From: Octopus sinensis
Lineage: Eukaryota
Assembly (NCBI RefSeq): GCF_006345805.1
Contig: NC_042997.1
Span: 16,368,001-16,432,000 of the forward strand
Direction: 5' to 3'
Length of the DNA stretch: 64,000 nucleotides
Shown here in pieces: positions 62,126 to 64,000 of this stretch. How positions within the stretch are numbered: the first letter of the stretch is position 1; each line of letters opens with the position of its first letter. Under the pieces are notes generated by a model. It saw nothing but the letters and a program-made list of their open reading frames with translations. It had not been told where the DNA came from and searched no databases. The position numbers and the translations under genes were made by a program.

Positions 62126-62670
62126 CAGGGTATCCCAGAAGTCGCGCACCATTCTGGTTTTCATTTAAAATAATTTAAGCATTTTATTTTATTACATTTT
62201 TTCTGCATGTTTTATTGTAGAGGATGCTCAATTTGAGCATTTGTTACCATTGATTTCAATGGTACTTATTTAATCGACCCCGAAAGGATGAAAGGCAAAG
62301 TCGACCTCGGCGGAATTTGAACTCAGAACGTAACGGTAGACGAAATACCTATTTCTTTACTACCCACAAGGGGCTAAACACAGAGAGGACAAACAAGGAC
62401 AGACAAACGAATTAAGTCGATTATACCGACCCCAGTGCGTAACTGGTACTTATTTAATCGACCCCGAAAGGAAGAAAGGCAAAGTCGACCTCGGCGGAAT
62501 TTGAACTCAGAACGTAACGGTAGACGAAATACCTATTTCTTTACTACCCACAAGGGGCTAAACACAGAGAGGACAAACGAGGACAGACAAACGGATTAAG
62601 TGTTTTGAAATCAATAAGGGTATATTCTTTTAAAAAAACCAGGGTGGTGCGCAACTTCTGGGACACCCTG
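62126..62670. mobile_element. Tc1/mariner-like MITE containing a SINE A multimer fragment
   Basis: TIRs CAGGGTATCCCAGAAGTCGCGCACCA / TGGTGCGCAACTTCTGGGACACCCTG followed by TA. Confidence 0.75.
62262..62601 (-). mobile_element. Headless SINE family A multimer fragment
   Basis: Junctions at 62349/62350 and 62533/62534 are identical to those of the plus-strand array; the unit is 184 nt. Confidence 0.88.
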
Positions 62671-62748
62671 TATATATATATATATGGGTGTGTATGTGTG
62701 TGTGTGTGTGTGTGTGGAATAAGTACTATGAAACATTGTGTAGAATAT

Positions 62749-63049
62749 ATTGTATAAAAGATCGTGGGTAAGGCCAAAACAATGCGAAGTAAATGCAAGG
62801 TAAATCACTAGAAAACAAATATGTGAAGCTAGCTGGTTGCTATAGCAACACCCTTCTGCGCATTTTCACTCCACACACGCTTATACACACGCACATCGGC
62901 AACATTCATCAATTTCTTGAAAATGGGGTCATAACCCCGAAATATTGAATACAAAGTAAGTCTACATTAATTCACATATTTGTTTTCTTGTGATTTACCT
63001 TGCATTTACTTCGCGTTGTTTTGGTCTTACCCACGATCTTTTATACAAT
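62749..63049. mobile_element. MITE with ~80-bp TIRs
   Basis: 62749-62827 is the reverse complement of 62971-63049 with few mismatches. Confidence 0.75.
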
Positions 63050-63620
63050 GTACCCAATTTTGTAGAGAAAACATTACAATTCACATGGGTATATATTAAA
63101 TTTATAAAAATGAATAGAAAATGGTGATGTACAATTGGCAATTCAAAATTAAAATGTATTAACATAGTATTATATTATATTCTTATAATAATATAATATA
63201 ATATAACAAATATTAAATACAAATTACCTACAATTGTTTCGATTCTTACCTATAATAAAATTATAAAAAATCTATTGTTTGTGGGTAAGAATCAGTGTAA
63301 TGTTTGATATATGAGGATTCAAAGATCCAAGAAAAGACTGAATTTAAACATGTTTATGTTTTCAAGCGTGTCAATAATTAAAAACAAAAACAAAGATAAA
63401 AAATAAAATATGTCAATAATTAAAAACAAAGATAAAAAATAAAATAAATTAATATAACGGTCATAAAATATATTTGTGTGCTATTAAGTATTTTAATCTA
63501 AATATATCTTAGCGCATTAGTCCGAATAATTCGTTTGAAAACGAAAGAAAACTAATATATTGGATACAAACGCAATGGCGTAGCGTGGAGTATACGGATC
63601 CCCAGGGCTTCCATTTTATA

Positions 63621-64000
63621 TAGCGTAAATCCTCAAGTATAATCCGCATTTTTTCCCTAAAATTTAAAGGTCAAAATCCCTAGTGCGTACTATATACGAG
63701 GTTAAAAATGAAAAATATTTTCTAAGCAATGTCCGAGTCTCTATTTGCTGTCCGGCAATATTTATTCAGACGCATTTTGTGATGTCGGGCGCGAAAATAC
63801 ATTAAGCTAAGCCTGAAAGCAATGAAGTCATAAAAGAATCATCCATAACTTGCAGTAAACAACATTTATTAAAATAAAAGTATTCAGAACACAGAATAAC
63901 ATGTAACAAAAACAATTTGCAAACATATTTACGTTCCCATATAACAGTTAAGAACATCACCATTATTGTATTACGCATACGCGGAAGTGTTTGTTCGACT
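63621..64000 (+). mobile_element. Possible pogo/Tigger-like transposon end
   Basis: TAGCGTAAATCCTCAAGTATAATCCGC...TACTATATACGAG resembles TACCGTA-type termini; the other end is not in the window. Confidence 0.3.

Overview
AT-rich, microsatellite-dense animal DNA made almost entirely of nested transposable elements. The SINE families, (GATA)n/(CATA)n/(TA)n tracts and TTAGGG-bearing elements suggest a coleoid cephalopod, most likely an octopus (inference, not verified). No host protein-coding gene could be supported; one weak terminal-exon candidate lies at 60499-60583. Main content: (1) a young Ty3/Gypsy LTR element (15366-18682) with near-identical LTRs, a 5-bp TSD and an in-frame loss of RNase H and most of the integrase, inserted into a Tc1 transposase; (2) two Tx1-clade L1-like LINE copies, each embedded in (TATC)n, whose last ~50 nt match the 3' tail of an abundant tRNA-derived SINE that forms fixed-junction multimers; (3) several hammerhead-ribozyme motifs, one inside a ~470-nt GU-rich rod-like segment resembling a retrozyme, plus a Penelope-like GIY-YIG remnant; (4) a GGATC...GATCC foldback DNA-transposon family with 8-bp TSDs, often carrying telomeric repeats; (5) mariner, maT/DD37D, hAT, RTE, CR1-like and CRE-like remnants, and many non-autonomous Helitrons. 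All alignments, translations and folds were done by eye, so coordinates of degraded elements are approximate.
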